In this document: one piece after another, positions 45,111 to 56,192 of the stretch
How positions within the stretch are numbered: the stretch's first letter is position 1
Layout of the letters: the number at the start of each line of letters is the position of its first letter
NCBI GenBank assembly: GCA_019747735.1
Contig: JAIEQL010000014.1
Coordinates: 5,101 to 69,100 of the forward strand
DNA length: 64,000 nt
Direction of reading: 5' to 3'
Source: Chthoniobacterales bacterium
GTDB taxonomy: Bacteria > Verrucomicrobiota > Verrucomicrobiia > Chthoniobacterales > UBA6821
The notes under the pieces: model-generated
Database searches by the model: none
What the model saw: the letters and a program-made list of their open reading frames with translations, nothing else
Told to the model about the DNA's origin: nothing
Translations under genes and position numbers: made by a program

Positions 45111-46265
45111 TCAATCTCCAGTTTTTTTCAACCGACGCAAATGACGCTCTACATGACTGTAGTTGCTTTGCAGAAATCGTTGAACAAGATCCCAAGCTAC
45201 TTCCTGACCGACAGTTCTTCCTCCAAGGCAAAGAATATTCATATGATCGTCTTCTACTCCTTGCTGGGCGGAAAAATGATCATGAATGAGAGCTGCGCGA
45301 GCTCCAGGGACTTTGTTAGCACAAATCGAAGCGCCAACTCCACTGCCACAGATGGCAATACCGCGCTCTACTTTTTTTGAAGCAACTGCCTTGGCGAGAG
45401 GAATGACATAGTCAGGGTAGTCATCTCCTTGAGCAAGCGAAGGGGCCCCAAAATCAATAACCTCATACCCCAAAAAAGAGAGACGTTTGATTAATTCTCT
45501 CTTGAGTTCAAAACCGCCATGATCGGAAGCGATGCCTACTTTCCATAAATTTTTATTCCATAAAGAGAGATCGATTGTCCCAACAGCTGCTTGATCGACA
45601 AAGAGGGTCGCTTGCCTTTGCTCAAGGAGCCCTGCAGGGACGCAGGCATCACCATTGAGCAGATAATTGAGTGCTGTTGTCTTTTCGGCCCCTGTGGCTA
45701 CCCAGAAAAGATTCCTGGCTCGATTAATCACGGGATAAGTAAGTGTCATCCTCTGGTGATTTTGGTAAACTCCCGTAATAGCCACATCAGCTGTCGTGAC
45801 CTCAAGCACAGGATCATTGGGAATGAGCGATGCGGTGTGCCCATCGGGACCAAGTCCAAGATGAATCAGGTCAAAAACAGGAGGAGAGCCAATAACATGA
45901 CGGAGTAATTCGGCATATTTACCAGCGGCCGCAGCCGAGTCTGATTCTTCCACAGGCATGGCGTAAATTTGTTCTGGTTTGATAGCAGAGCAAGAAGACA
46001 AATTTGCTTGAAGGTGAGTTAAATTGCGATCAGGGGAACCCGCGGGAGCAATGCGTTCATCAACTTGAAAGATGTGGACATGTTCCCAAGGAAGATCCTC
46101 TTTTGTTAATTGATCAAACATCATCCAAGTCGCTTTACCACTTCCTCCACTCACAGCAATTGTAAAACGCCCTCGTTGAGCAACACTCAGGCGAGCTTCA
46201 TTGGCTATTGCTGCAGCAGCAGCACGAGCAACTGTTTCAGGATTGGGGAGCGTATTGATGTTCAT
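45111..46265 (-). CDS. Fused 6-phosphogluconolactonase (N-terminal) / ribose-5-phosphate isomerase B (C-terminal)
   Basis: Pgl part RGRFTIAVSGGS, VHIFQVDERI, HLGLGPDGHTASL. RpiB part from about aa 277 of the track ORF: KVGIASDHGGFELK, GIAICGSGVGASICANK. ATG at 46265 (MNINTLP); the track start 46373 is further upstream. Confidence 0.85.
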   Translation of the reverse strand: MNINTLPNPETVARAAAAAIANEARLSVAQRGRFTIAVSGGSGKATWMMFDQLTKEDLPWEHVHIFQVDERIAPAGSPDRNLTHLQANLSSCSAIKPEQIYAMPVEESDSAAAAGKYAELLRHVIGSPPVFDLIHLGLGPDGHTASLIPNDPVLEVTTADVAITGVYQNHQRMTLTYPVINRARNLFWVATGAEKTTALNYLLNGDACVPAGLLEQRQATLFVDQAAVGTIDLSLWNKNLWKVGIASDHGGFELKRELIKRLSFLGYEVIDFGAPSLAQGDDYPDYVIPLAKAVASKKVERGIAICGSGVGASICANKVPGARAALIHDHFSAQQGVEDDHMNILCLGGRTVGQEVAWDLVQRFLQSNYSHVERHLRRLKKTGD

Positions 46266-46419
46266 AAGGCTTAGATAGGGCTTGTCGGGAAGTAATTTGA
46301 CTATAAACGATTTTTGAAAATGAATATTTATTGTTGTTTGATGGCTGTTCCAACTACACCCATTTATTATCAAGCTTTCAGAGCAATAGCTTTAATAAAA
46401 GGCATGTCCGGGAGAAGCT

Positions 46420-47790
46420 CTAGATAGGATTATGCCATCCCCCCGGAGGACAAATCATCTCCTCCGTATGAGAAGGTCCCCAACTGTGAATTTCGTAGGG
46501 ATAAATGGGAGTGTTGGCTTTAATCACTGGATCCACAATTCTCCAGGCCTCCTCCACATAATCTTCACGCGCAAAAAGAGTAGGATCTCCAGCAAGAGCA
46601 TCTCTTAAAACACGTTCGTAAGGAGCCATCTCTTTCTCGTCAGGTTTGTGGCTGGTTACTAATTCAACTGGGTTACTTTGCGTTTCATTATCAGGCTTGA
46701 TAGCATTCATCCCCATCACAATGGTGACCTCAGGACTAATGCGCATGCGGATATAATTTTGTTTGATGGGATAACCCGTATACATTGTAGGAGCAGGCTT
46801 CAATCGAAGTAAAATTTCGGTGCACTCTACAGGAAGATTTTTTCCTGCTCTTAAATAAATAGGAACATCTTTCCAACGCCAAGAATCTACTTTGAGTTGG
46901 AGTGCCGCAAATGTTTCTGTTGTGGAGTTCTCTGCGACGCCTGGCTCTTGGAGGTAACCTTGAAATTGTCCACGAACGACTTGCGTTGGTGAAAGCTCAT
47001 GCATTGCTTTGAGCACTTTTACCTTTTCATCTCGAATCGACTCGCTATCAAGGCGGGCAGGGGATTCCATGAGTAGATTGGTGAGAAGTTGAAAAAGATG
47101 GTTCTCCATCACATCTCGGATAGTCCCTGTTTTGTCATAAAAGCTACCACGGCCTTGAACGCCGAAATCCTCAGCCATCGTGATTTGAATACTCTCAATA
47201 AATTCACGATTCCAAAAAGATTCAGGGATCATATTTGAAAAACGGAAAAAAAGCATGTTGTGGACAACGGGCTTTCCTAGGTAATGATCAATGCGAAAAA
47301 TACGAGATTCATCAAAGGCCTGAAGCAAAATGGTATTTAATTTTTTAGCTGAGGCTAAATCCGTTCCAAATGGCTTTTCAACGACAACCCGAGCATTCTC
47401 ATTGGCACAACCTGAGGTGCTTAGTTTTTGGACGACTAGTCCGAAGAGGAGAGGAGGGATAGCAAGATAATGAGCGGGTGAAACGCAGCTCCCAAGTTCC
47501 TTGCGTAGGGCTTGGTAAGTAGAATCGTCATTGTAATCTCCATCGACATAGCGCAAGAGGCTGCTGAGTTTCTGCCAAGCCTCAGGATCCAATCCTCCAT
47601 GTTTTTCTAGGCTATCTTTGGCACGTGCTTTGAGTTGCTCTAAGTTCCATCCTGCCTTGGCAACGCCGATAACAGGAATAGTGAGATAACCTCGTTTTAC
47701 CATCGCTTGGAGTGATGGAAAAATTTTCTTGTAAGCTAAATCACCAGTAGCTCCAAAAAAGACTAGTGCATCGGAAGGTTGGTTTTTCAT
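46420..47790 (-). CDS. zwf: Glucose-6-phosphate 1-dehydrogenase
   Basis: 456 aa. FGATGDLAYKKIFPSL dinucleotide-binding motif and the signature RIDHYLGK. Confidence 0.93.
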   Translation of the reverse strand: MKNQPSDALVFFGATGDLAYKKIFPSLQAMVKRGYLTIPVIGVAKAGWNLEQLKARAKDSLEKHGGLDPEAWQKLSSLLRYVDGDYNDDSTYQALRKELGSCVSPAHYLAIPPLLFGLVVQKLSTSGCANENARVVVEKPFGTDLASAKKLNTILLQAFDESRIFRIDHYLGKPVVHNMLFFRFSNMIPESFWNREFIESIQITMAEDFGVQGRGSFYDKTGTIRDVMENHLFQLLTNLLMESPARLDSESIRDEKVKVLKAMHELSPTQVVRGQFQGYLQEPGVAENSTTETFAALQLKVDSWRWKDVPIYLRAGKNLPVECTEILLRLKPAPTMYTGYPIKQNYIRMRISPEVTIVMGMNAIKPDNETQSNPVELVTSHKPDEKEMAPYERVLRDALAGDPTLFAREDYVEEAWRIVDPVIKANTPIYPYEIHSWGPSHTEEMICPPGGWHNPI

Positions 47791-47836
47791 AAAATTAGAA
47801 ATGATTTACAGAGATGGAAGAAGGTTAAAAAATTTT

Positions 47837-47915
47837 ATTCACAGTGATAGAAGCAATCTAAAGTCTAAATTTATTTTTTGTCTCTATCCCTTTCATCGCT
47901 TCCACCCCTGTTAAT
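47837..47915. mobile_element. Short family-F-like element (F3) between gnd and zwf
   Basis: attcacagtgatagaagc ... gcttccacccctgttaat (imperfect inverted termini). The right half tctaaatttattttttgtctctatc..atcgcttcca.ccctgttaat matches 25280..25331. It ends 4 nt before the gnd stop codon. Confidence 0.6.
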
Positions 47916-47919
47916 CTCT

Positions 47920-48951
47920 TCAGTCTTTTTTCTCCAAATGCCCACCAAACCCGAAGCGCATTGCGGAAAGAATTCTGTTCTGAAACTCTGCCTCACCTCG
48001 TGAAGAAAAGCGTTCATAAAGAGAAGCGGTCAGCACAGGTGCTGGTACACCCTCATCAATGGCAGCTTTGATCGTCCAGCGACCTTCTCCTGAATCAGAA
48101 ACACGGCCCGCAAAATTGGAGAGTGTTGGGTTTTGAGAGAAAGCGTCTGCTGTCAGGTCCAATAACCAGGATGCAATCACACTACCACGACGCCAGACCT
48201 CAGTAATTTCTGTGAGATCCATGTCATATTGATAATGCTCTGGATCGCGCAGCGGGGTGGTCTCGGCATCAATCTCGTGTGTGTTTTTGCCAACATTAGC
48301 ATGCTTGATGATATTCAAGCCTTCTGCATAAGCAGCCATAATTCCATACTCAATGCCGTTATGAACCATTTTGACAAAGTGACCGGCACCATTAGGACCA
48401 CAATGAAGATATCCTTGTTCGGCAGTTCCTTTGTTAGCAGGACGCTGAGCAGTGCGTGGAATAGTACCGACGCCAGGAGCCAGAGTTGCAAAAATGGGAT
48501 CGAGATGTTGCACAATATTTTTTTCTCCACCAATCATCATGCAATAGCCCCGTTCCAATCCCCAGACGCCACCACTGGTGCCGACATCGACATAGTGGAT
48601 GTTTTTTGCTGAAAGCTCCTTAGCGCGACGGATGTCATCGATGTAGTAGGAGTTACCACCATCAATGATGATGTCCTCTTTGCTTAAATGCGGTACTAAT
48701 TCTGCAATGGTTTCATCAACGACGGCAGCTGGAACCATCAGCCAAATAGCACGAGGGCCGCTGAGTTTTGAAGCCATATCACTGAGCGATGTGGCGCCGG
48801 TTGCTCCTTCTTTTGCTAAGGTGGCAACACTTTCTTGGGCCCGGTCAAAGACGACACACTGATGCCCATCGCGCATGAGACGACGCACCATGTTAGCGCC
48901 CATCCGCCCAAGGCCGATCATTCCAAGTTGCATTGATTTAGGATTATTCAT
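47920..48951 (-). CDS. gnd: 6-phosphogluconate dehydrogenase, decarboxylating (short GntZ/YqeC-like form)
   Basis: 343 aa. [19 protein letters not shown] Rossmann motif and [33 protein letters not shown] blocks. Confidence 0.9.
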   Translation of the reverse strand: MNNPKSMQLGMIGLGRMGANMVRRLMRDGHQCVVFDRAQESVATLAKEGATGATSLSDMASKLSGPRAIWLMVPAAVVDETIAELVPHLSKEDIIIDGGNSYYIDDIRRAKELSAKNIHYVDVGTSGGVWGLERGYCMMIGGEKNIVQHLDPIFATLAPGVGTIPRTAQRPANKGTAEQGYLHCGPNGAGHFVKMVHNGIEYGIMAAYAEGLNIIKHANVGKNTHEIDAETTPLRDPEHYQYDMDLTEITEVWRRGSVIASWLLDLTADAFSQNPTLSNFAGRVSDSGEGRWTIKAAIDEGVPAPVLTASLYERFSSRGEAEFQNRILSAMRFGFGGHLEKKD

Positions 48952-48970
48952 GTTGTTATTTTTTGATTTA

Positions 48971-49636
48971 TTATGATTCTAAGAGCGTTTGCATAGCAGC
49001 AGCAATTCCTTGAGGAGATTTGAAAACAGAAGTTCCTGCTACAAGAACAGTAGCCCCTGCATCAAGGGCTAAAGGAGCTGAAATAGAATTGATCCCGCCA
49101 TCAACTTCGATTTCGCAGTTAAGATGACGCTCTGCGATCATTTGGGAGATTTTTTTAATCTTTTCTAATGTAAAAGGAAGAAAATGCTGATTTCCATAAC
49201 CAGGGTTAACCGTCATGACCAAGACCAAGTCAATTTCAGAAAGGATCGCATCAAGCACGCAAGCTGACGTTGCTGGATTAATCGCGACGCCGATTTTTTT
49301 TTCAAGCTGCTTTGCTTTTTGAATCGTACGATGCAAATTATTATTTCCCTCATAATGGACAATAAAACTATCAGCTCCTGCTGCTGCAAACTCCTCCATG
49401 ATGACATCAGGATTGCTGATCATCAGATGCACCTCTAGAGGAAGCTTAGTGACTGGACGGAGTGATCGAATAACCGGTTCTCCCATTGAGAGATTAGGGA
49501 CAAAATGCCCATCCATCACATCGATGTGAATGCGATCAGCGCCCTTCATTTCAACAGCCTGCACTTGCTTTCCTAAACAAGAAAAATCAGCAGCTAGGAT
49601 GGAGGGAGCAAGCTTGGGTAAAAAAGATCGCTTCAT
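48971..49636 (-). CDS. rpe: Ribulose-phosphate 3-epimerase
   Basis: 221 aa. [29 protein letters not shown] and [11 protein letters not shown] motifs. It overlaps the pgi stop by 4 bp. Confidence 0.93.
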   Translation of the reverse strand: MKRSFLPKLAPSILAADFSCLGKQVQAVEMKGADRIHIDVMDGHFVPNLSMGEPVIRSLRPVTKLPLEVHLMISNPDVIMEEFAAAGADSFIVHYEGNNNLHRTIQKAKQLEKKIGVAINPATSACVLDAILSEIDLVLVMTVNPGYGNQHFLPFTLEKIKKISQMIAERHLNCEIEVDGGINSISAPLALDAGATVLVAGTSVFKSPQGIAAAMQTLLES

Positions 49637-51270
49637 TTATTCTTTCGGTAAAGGGAGATTAGATGATTCGTCGAGCTATCGTGATTGAGAGCAGGAGATG
49701 TGCTCTCTTCCAATTCAGGAATAATAGCTTGAGCCAAAACCTTGCCTAATTCGACTCCCCATTGATCAAAGGAGTTGATCTGCCAAATGGCTCCTTGCGT
49801 AAAGACGCTGTGTTCATAAAGGGAGACCAGTTTTCCAAGAATGGCAGGGGTAAGGCGCTCTGCCAGGATAATATTGGAAGGGCGATTTCCTTCAAAAGTA
49901 CGATGAGCAATGAGCTCTTCAGGCGTTCCTTCAGCTCGTACTTGATCTGCTGTTTTTCCAAAGGCAAGAGCTTCAGCTTGAGCAAAGACATTGGAGACTA
50001 AAAGATCATGATGTCTTCCAAGTGGATTGAGCCCTTTATAAAAAGTAATAAAATCACAGGGAATGAGCCTGGTTCCTTGATGGATCAGCTGGTAAAAAGA
50101 ATGCTGACCATTGGTACCTGGTTCTCCCCAATAAATAGGGCCTGTATTAGTCGAAACTCGGTCACCCTTTAATGTGATATGTTTTCCATTGCTCTCCATC
50201 GTGAGCTGCTGCAAATAAGCTGGAAAGCGCTTGAGATATTGATCGTAGGGCAATACAGCAACGGTTTGAGCATTAAAAAAATCGTTATACCAAACTGCCA
50301 GTAGTCCTAAAAGAACAGGTAAATTTTTTTCAAAAGGAGCTGTGTGAAAATGCTCATCCATCTCATGAAAGCCAGCCAACATTTCTAGGAAGTGATCAGG
50401 GCCGATAGCCAACATCGTGGAAAGTCCAATGGCAGAGTCCATCGAATAGCGGCCTCCGACCCAATCCCAGAATCCAAACATATTTGCCGTATCAATACCA
50501 AATTCAGCGACTTTTTGAGTGTTTGTCGAAACAGCGACAAAGTGCTTGCTAACGGCTTTTTCATTTCCACCAAAACCTGCTACCAGCCAATCGCGAGCGC
50601 TCTGCGCATTGGTCATCGTTTCTAATGTAGTGAATGTTTTGGAAGAGATAATAAAAAGTGTCTCCTGAGGATCGAGGTCTCGTGTTGCCTCGACAAAATC
50701 GGTGCTATCCACATTGGAAACAAAACGAAAGGTTATCGAACGCTCCGTGTAATAACGAAGTGCTTCGTAAGCCATCACTGGACCAAGGTCAGAGCCACCA
50801 ATACCAATGTTAATAATGTTTTTAATCCGCTTACCGTTGTATCCCTTCCAGTCACCAGAACGAACACGATTGGAAAAAGAGCTCATTTTATCCAGGACTA
50901 GGTGAACATCTGGGACAACATCATGTCCATCGACAAGGATTTTTTGTTCTTTGGGAGCGCGCAAGGCCACATGCAGTACCGCTCTTTTTTCTGTAGTATT
51001 AATCTTTTCACCACAAAACATGGCATCAATCCGCTGGCGAAGTCCCGATTCTTTAGCCAATTGAAACAGCAGTAGAAGTGTTTCTTCTGTGATTCTGTTT
51101 TTAGAATAATCGAGAAAAAGCCCCGTTGCTTCGAGGGTCATTTTTTCACCACGATTTGCGTCTTCTGCAAAAAGCTTTTTGAGCGTCTGTTGATCGAATA
51201 GTGCCCGGTGTGCTTGCAATGCTTTCCAAGCGGGAAGTTCTGTTGTCGGAAGGAGAGTCGCAGTAGACAT
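49633..51270 (-). CDS. pgi: Glucose-6-phosphate isomerase
   Basis: 545 aa. [20 protein letters not shown] and [18 protein letters not shown] signature blocks. Confidence 0.93.
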   Translation of the reverse strand: MSTATLLPTTELPAWKALQAHRALFDQQTLKKLFAEDANRGEKMTLEATGLFLDYSKNRITEETLLLLFQLAKESGLRQRIDAMFCGEKINTTEKRAVLHVALRAPKEQKILVDGHDVVPDVHLVLDKMSSFSNRVRSGDWKGYNGKRIKNIINIGIGGSDLGPVMAYEALRYYTERSITFRFVSNVDSTDFVEATRDLDPQETLFIISSKTFTTLETMTNAQSARDWLVAGFGGNEKAVSKHFVAVSTNTQKVAEFGIDTANMFGFWDWVGGRYSMDSAIGLSTMLAIGPDHFLEMLAGFHEMDEHFHTAPFEKNLPVLLGLLAVWYNDFFNAQTVAVLPYDQYLKRFPAYLQQLTMESNGKHITLKGDRVSTNTGPIYWGEPGTNGQHSFYQLIHQGTRLIPCDFITFYKGLNPLGRHHDLLVSNVFAQAEALAFGKTADQVRAEGTPEELIAHRTFEGNRPSNIILAERLTPAILGKLVSLYEHSVFTQGAIWQINSFDQWGVELGKVLAQAIIPELEESTSPALNHDSSTNHLISLYRKNK

Positions 51271-51287
51271 TGTTGGTTTTTGAGAGG

Positions 51288-52010
51288 TTATTTCTTCTTA
51301 GAAAAGAGGCTGTTATGAAGGAAAAAGTGATTGGCAAGAGTGTGTTTCCAAAGAAGAAACCCTCCCAGAAAAGCATTGGAATTTGCAGCAGCAGAGACGC
51401 CAGGGGGCAGTTTTTTAAGATAAACATTATCTCCACCACCAAGGATCACTTTTTCTGGTTCTAGAGCTTGTTGGAGAAGTTCGATGATTTTAAAAACATG
51501 TTTGCGCCATTTCTTTTTCCCAAGTTTTTCTAAAGCATGACGTCCTGTATAATCTTCAATGGTTCCTTTTTTGTAAGGAAAATGGCCTAACTCCATCGGT
51601 ATGATATTTCCATGGTCGATCATCGTGGTTCCCAATCCTGTTCCAAGACCAAGAAAAAGCACTCGTCCACCAGCGTAATCTCCCAGAGCCTGCATAGCTG
51701 CATCGTTGATCACTTTTATAGGACAACCAAAAGCAGCATTAAAGTTAAAGCCAACCCATCCTTTACCAAGATTAGCTGGCTCTTTAAGCAGTCTGCTATT
51801 CTTAGAGATAACCGCAGGAAACCCAATAGAGATGACATCATAATGCCAGTCTCTAGTCAGATCCTTGACTCCATCGACCATCATTTGAGGAGTCATGGTT
51901 GGGCCTGAAGGAAATTTTCGCTCTTCTTTGCGGCCTGTGATTTTTACTTTGACGTGAGTTCCACCGACATCAATGACCAAGATTGAAAAAAGGTTTTGTT
52001 TTTTTTTCAT
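51288..52010 (-). CDS. ROK-family glucokinase (polyphosphate/ATP glucokinase-like)
   Basis: 240 aa. [12 protein letters not shown]-terminal ATPase motif, [11 protein letters not shown] and LGLGTGLGT. Confidence 0.75.
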   Translation of the reverse strand: MKKKQNLFSILVIDVGGTHVKVKITGRKEERKFPSGPTMTPQMMVDGVKDLTRDWHYDVISIGFPAVISKNSRLLKEPANLGKGWVGFNFNAAFGCPIKVINDAAMQALGDYAGGRVLFLGLGTGLGTTMIDHGNIIPMELGHFPYKKGTIEDYTGRHALEKLGKKKWRKHVFKIIELLQQALEPEKVILGGGDNVYLKKLPPGVSAAANSNAFLGGFLLWKHTLANHFFLHNSLFSKKK

Positions 52011-52015
52011 TTAAT

Positions 52016-53092
52016 TTAAACCAAAGTGGAACTTTTCGAAGCAATCACTTGCATCAGATCTTTCCATGAGGTTACAAAAGCTTGAGCTCCTTCTTGTTGA
52101 AGTTGTTCTGCCAAGGCGGTAAGATCGATGCCTGCTTGAGCAATAGCAGCCAAAGTAGTGGCCACTTTGGGATCTTGAGCACTTATCATTTCCTTGAGAA
52201 CTCCATGATCAGCGAAGGCAAGAAGAGTTGCTTCTGGCATTGTATTGATGGTATAGGGAGCAGCTAACCCGGAGATATAAAGCGTGTCGGAAGCTTGTGG
52301 ATCTTTTGTTCCTGTGCTGGCTTGGAGCAAACGTTGTACTGAAGCTCCTTCATTGAGTATTTTTAAATAGCGTGGTGATTGAATAAGCTTGCAATAGGCT
52401 TGGTAGCTCTCTTGTCCAATGGCAAGTCCAAGCTGATTTTTCAATGTTGGAGGAAGCTTGGAAGCAGTTGCCACATCCCAGCGACTTATAAAGAGGGAAG
52501 CGACAGAATGAACATTAGGGTTCAAATTGGCTTCAATACGACGCTCAATAGCACGTAGGTAAGCTTCAGCGGCTGCCAAGTACTGCTCACAGGAAAAAAG
52601 CAAAGTGACGTTAATAGGAATGCCAGCAAAAATGGATTCTTCAATGGCAGGCAAGCCTTCTTTGGTTCCTGGGATTTTTATAAAAAGATTAGGGCGTCCT
52701 GCTCGGCGATGAAGTTCCTGGGCCACCTTGATGGTTGTTTGGGTGTCGTAAGCAAGGAGAGGGGAGACCTCGAGAGAGACCCAACCATCAACTCCATTGG
52801 TGCGATCATAAGTGGGGCGAAAAAGATCAGCAGCAGTAGTGATATCCTCTAATGCTAAATCAAAAAAGAGCTCTTCTCCTTGGCGCCCTTTTTGAAGACC
52901 AGCTTTTATGGCATTATCGTAGGAGAGACTATTTTTAATGGCATGATTAAAAATAGTTGGGTTAGAAGTGAGTCCTGTAACAGAAAGCTCGTCAATATAT
53001 TTTTTTAACGTTCCATTATTGAGAAGGTCTCGAGTGATGTTATCAAGCCAAAGGCTTTGTCCTAAGTGATGGAGTTGTTGAGTTGCTTTCAT
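52016..53092 (-). CDS. tal: Transaldolase
   Basis: 358 aa. LGQSLWLDNITRDLL, TGLTSNPTIF and the Schiff-base lysine region NLFIKIPGT. Confidence 0.92.
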   Translation of the reverse strand: MKATQQLHHLGQSLWLDNITRDLLNNGTLKKYIDELSVTGLTSNPTIFNHAIKNSLSYDNAIKAGLQKGRQGEELFFDLALEDITTAADLFRPTYDRTNGVDGWVSLEVSPLLAYDTQTTIKVAQELHRRAGRPNLFIKIPGTKEGLPAIEESIFAGIPINVTLLFSCEQYLAAAEAYLRAIERRIEANLNPNVHSVASLFISRWDVATASKLPPTLKNQLGLAIGQESYQAYCKLIQSPRYLKILNEGASVQRLLQASTGTKDPQASDTLYISGLAAPYTINTMPEATLLAFADHGVLKEMISAQDPKVATTLAAIAQAGIDLTALAEQLQQEGAQAFVTSWKDLMQVIASKSSTLV

Positions 53093-53271
53093 AAATATGG
53101 GAATTGGTGTGGAAGGTTTTTGAAAAAGAGGGAGGCTTTCAATGCCTACGCCTTGGGCAGCCTTTTATCTACCTCTAAAATGGAAGTAGTGTCTATTCTT
53201 AATTGCGATTTTTTTATTTCATGTATTAAAAAAAAATTGATCTCTTCTCTCATCTCAGGCATAAGAGCGGC

Positions 53272-53532
53272 ATGGATAAAAAATCAAATACAAAGCCAAT
53301 TGCTCCATCACCTGAAAAGAATAACAAAGCTCCCAGCAAAACTACTAAAACAGTAGAACTTGCTTCCCCCCAAAACAAGCAAGCAATTTCTCTTTCAGAA
53401 ATCTCTCACGATGAGATAGCCCTGAGGGCCTATTTTATTAGTGAACGTCGGCGAGAAAAAGGATTGGAGGGAAATCCTAAAAGCGATTGGGTGGAGGCAG
53501 AGAAGCAGTTGCGTGCAGAAAGTGTCCAATAG
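53272..53532 (+). CDS. Small DUF2934-like protein
   Basis: 86 aa. Lys/Pro-rich N-terminus followed by HDEIALRAYFISERRREKGLEGNPKSDWVEAEKQL, the DUF2934 pattern. Confidence 0.6.
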   Translation: MDKKSNTKPIAPSPEKNNKAPSKTTKTVELASPQNKQAISLSEISHDEIALRAYFISERRREKGLEGNPKSDWVEAEKQLRAESVQ

Positions 53533-53617
53533 AAAACGAAAAGTTGAAGTTGAAGTTTTTTGTCTTTGCCTTCGGTGAAAATCTTAAAAGAGAAAAGCCT
53601 CGATGCTTCTTTGAACC

Positions 53618-53793
53618 TTAAAGCATTTTAAATAAAACTACAGCTATTTTAGAGCATCATTAAAAATTTTTGTAGTCGATGCAGTGCCAGGAGCTGAGGC
53701 GCACAGCGAGGGAGTGTATAGCCAATACTCGATGGAGCGAGCACCGAAGCGACGACGCAATGAGCGGCTACAGAATTTTTTAATATGCTCTAA
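53618..53793. mobile_element. MITE-like element, family B, copy B3
   Basis: 176 bp with 2 mismatches to B2 by eye. It lies in the leader of the transporter gene at 53856. Confidence 0.8.
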
Positions 53794-53855
53794 AAGGTCG
53801 CACACTCTGCTTGCATTGTTGATTTACTTAATAATGCTCTTAAATAAGTTACCAT

Positions 53856-55112
53856 ATGGAAACAACCTTATTGCTCCCCTTTGTATTAATGCTGCTCTCG
53901 ATTGTCCTCATGCCTTTTATTCATCGAGTTTGGTGGGAGGTTCATTTTCGTAAAGTTTCCCTCGTATTAGCCGGAATAACGCTGGGTTATTATTTATTTG
54001 CGCTGCGTGACCTTCCTCGAGTCTCCCTTTTTTTTAAGGAATATCTGAGTTTTATTATTCTGATTGGATCACTTTTTGTAGTAGCAGGAGGCATCCATCT
54101 TCGAGTGCAAGGGGAATCAACTCCCTTAAGCAATACTCTTTTTTTGTTCATAGGATCGCTTGTTGCTATTTTTATCGGGACAACAGGAGCCTCCATGCTT
54201 CTGATTCGTCCCTGGATCCATAGCAATCGCTATCGGGTGACAGCATTTCATCTTGTTTTTTTTATTTTTATTGTTAGCAATATCGGTGGCTGTTTAAGCC
54301 CCATTGGGGATCCTCCTCTATTTCTAGGATACTTGCGCGGTGTTCCCTTCTTCTGGTTGCTGCAGCACCTCTGGTCAGCATGGTTGTTAGCAATAGTGTT
54401 ACTTCTTGGGATTTTTTATTTTTTGGATAGGAAGAACTTTCTTCAAGCCCCTAAGTGCATTAGAGAAATGGAAACGATGGATGAAGAATGGAGTCTTTCG
54501 GGTTTTTTTAATTTCTTCTTTCTTATGGTGATTATCTTGGCGGTTTTTGCACCAAGTCCCTGGAGAGAAGTTACCATGATCCTTACAGCGCTACTCTCTT
54601 ATTTTTTAACACCTCAAAAAATCTTTGAGGCAAACAAATTCAGCTTTCATCCGATTGAAGAAGTGGCATGGCTCTTTTTTGGAATTTTTGCCACGATGAT
54701 TCCGCTCTTGGAGCTTCTTGAAAAAAAGACAGCGCTTCTTGGAAGTTACGCCAGGCTTACTCCCTCTCAATTTTATTATTTGACAGGCAGCCTCTCTGCT
54801 TTTTTGGACAACGCCCCAACCTATCTTACTTTTATGCAACTTCACCTTGGAACACAGGGGCTTAGTATTGAATCAGTAACAGACGTTGCTTTTGCAGCCA
54901 CCCATGAGCCACAATCGCTGATTGCCATTTCTCTGGGAGCTGTCTGTTTTGGAGGAATGACCTACATTGGCAATGGTCCCAATTTTATGGTCAAGAGCAT
55001 TGCCGAGGAATCCAACATCCGCATGCCCAATTTTCTTAACTACATGCTTTATTACTCATTACCAATCCTTGCTCCCGTTCTTTTATTAGTAGGGTGGTTT
55101 TATTGTCGCTAA
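53856..55112 (+). CDS. Polytopic membrane transporter, ArsB/NhaD-type permease superfamily (sodium:proton antiporter-like)
   Basis: 418 aa with about 10-12 hydrophobic segments. The block GGCLSPIGDPPLFLGYLRGVPFFW is one I associate with this permease family. The substrate is unknown. Confidence 0.55.
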   Translation: METTLLLPFVLMLLSIVLMPFIHRVWWEVHFRKVSLVLAGITLGYYLFALRDLPRVSLFFKEYLSFIILIGSLFVVAGGIHLRVQGESTPLSNTLFLFIGSLVAIFIGTTGASMLLIRPWIHSNRYRVTAFHLVFFIFIVSNIGGCLSPIGDPPLFLGYLRGVPFFWLLQHLWSAWLLAIVLLLGIFYFLDRKNFLQAPKCIREMETMDEEWSLSGFFNFFFLMVIILAVFAPSPWREVTMILTALLSYFLTPQKIFEANKFSFHPIEEVAWLFFGIFATMIPLLELLEKKTALLGSYARLTPSQFYYLTGSLSAFLDNAPTYLTFMQLHLGTQGLSIESVTDVAFAATHEPQSLIAISLGAVCFGGMTYIGNGPNFMVKSIAEESNIRMPNFLNYMLYYSLPILAPVLLLVGWFYCR

Positions 55113-55162
55113 AGAAGAGGGCTCTCTTTTTGAAAAAAGAGAGCTAGGTTTCTGGACTCTTT

Positions 55163-55326
55163 TATAGTGTATTAAATTGAAAAGTGCACGCCATAAGCTG
55201 GCTCTTTTTCCTCAGGACTGCGTTCTCAGATCTCACATTATCTTAGGATAGCGCTCGTTCTTCGGCCTTATCCTAAGAAAAAATTTCTGCACTTCTACCA
55301 TGCCCTTTTCAATTTAATACACTATA
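55163..55326. mobile_element. MITE-like element, family C, full copy
   Basis: 164 bp. Termini tatagtgtattaaattgaaaagtgca / tgcccttttcaatttaatacactata (inverted). The interior aggactgcgttctca..tagcgctcg.tcttcggcctt also occurs at about 17410..17470. Confidence 0.75.
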
Positions 55327-55331
55327 ATTTC

Positions 55332-56177
55332 ATGAATCGTCTCTATCTCCCTTGCTTGTTCTTTCTTTTAGTTGGAGAAATCTGTTTAAGCCCATCGCTT
55401 CTTGCCCAGCTGCCAGAAGGGTATCAAACCACTCTTAAGAGTACCCCTTCTTCTAGCATCCCAGAACTTTCTAACCATTTTTTTAAAAAATATGCTGAGG
55501 AGGTTGTTTACCTTGACTTGAGGTTAATTGGTTATGATGTTACCCAAAACCTCATTATTGGAACTCCTCCAGCAGAGGGTTCTGTCTTACAAAAAGAAGA
55601 TGAGCTAGCCAGGGAGGCTATTTCAACACAAGCCACTTTAGATGAAAAGATAGCAGCTCTTAGTGCGATAGATAATGTTTTTGCTTTTTCTGTAATTCTT
55701 GGAAATCAATTCAATTATAAGCTCCTCAAAGATACAGAAGCTTTTTTTCAAGCAGTAGATAGCGAGGTTGGAGGGGCTGTTGCGGCTTCAAAAAAGACCT
55801 TCCGCCGCCCACGTCCTATGAAGAGCAATGGTTTTGCGTATCCTAGTGGTCACTCTACAAGAGCTTTTGTAAGAGAGGAGCTGCTTTCAGAAATTTTCCC
55901 ACAGTGTCGAGAGGCCTTGTATAATCAAGCGCGACAATTTGCCCAAAATCGTGTCATTATAGGACGTCATTATCCAAGAGATATTGCCGCAGGAGAAATT
56001 TATGGAAAATACTTAGCAGATCAATTTCGTAAAAATCCTGACTTTAAAAAAAAATGGAATAAAGTTAAAAAAGAAATTGCAGTTCACTTTCAGGATCCTT
56101 GTGATCTTAACCCCATCCTCATTCCTATTGTAACTCCTGCCATTGTACCAGTAACACCACCGATTATCTCAGAGTAA
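55332..56177 (+). CDS. Class A (PAP2-type) nonspecific acid phosphatase, secreted
   Basis: Signal peptide and the complete PAP2 motif set: KKTFRRPRP, YPSGHSTRA and NRVIIGRHYPRDIAAG (K..RP / PSGH / R.....H...D). Confidence 0.8.
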   Translation: MNRLYLPCLFFLLVGEICLSPSLLAQLPEGYQTTLKSTPSSSIPELSNHFFKKYAEEVVYLDLRLIGYDVTQNLIIGTPPAEGSVLQKEDELAREAISTQATLDEKIAALSAIDNVFAFSVILGNQFNYKLLKDTEAFFQAVDSEVGGAVAASKKTFRRPRPMKSNGFAYPSGHSTRAFVREELLSEIFPQCREALYNQARQFAQNRVIIGRHYPRDIAAGEIYGKYLADQFRKNPDFKKKWNKVKKEIAVHFQDPCDLNPILIPIVTPAIVPVTPPIISE

Positions 56178-56192
56178 CTTTTTTACTTGAAT

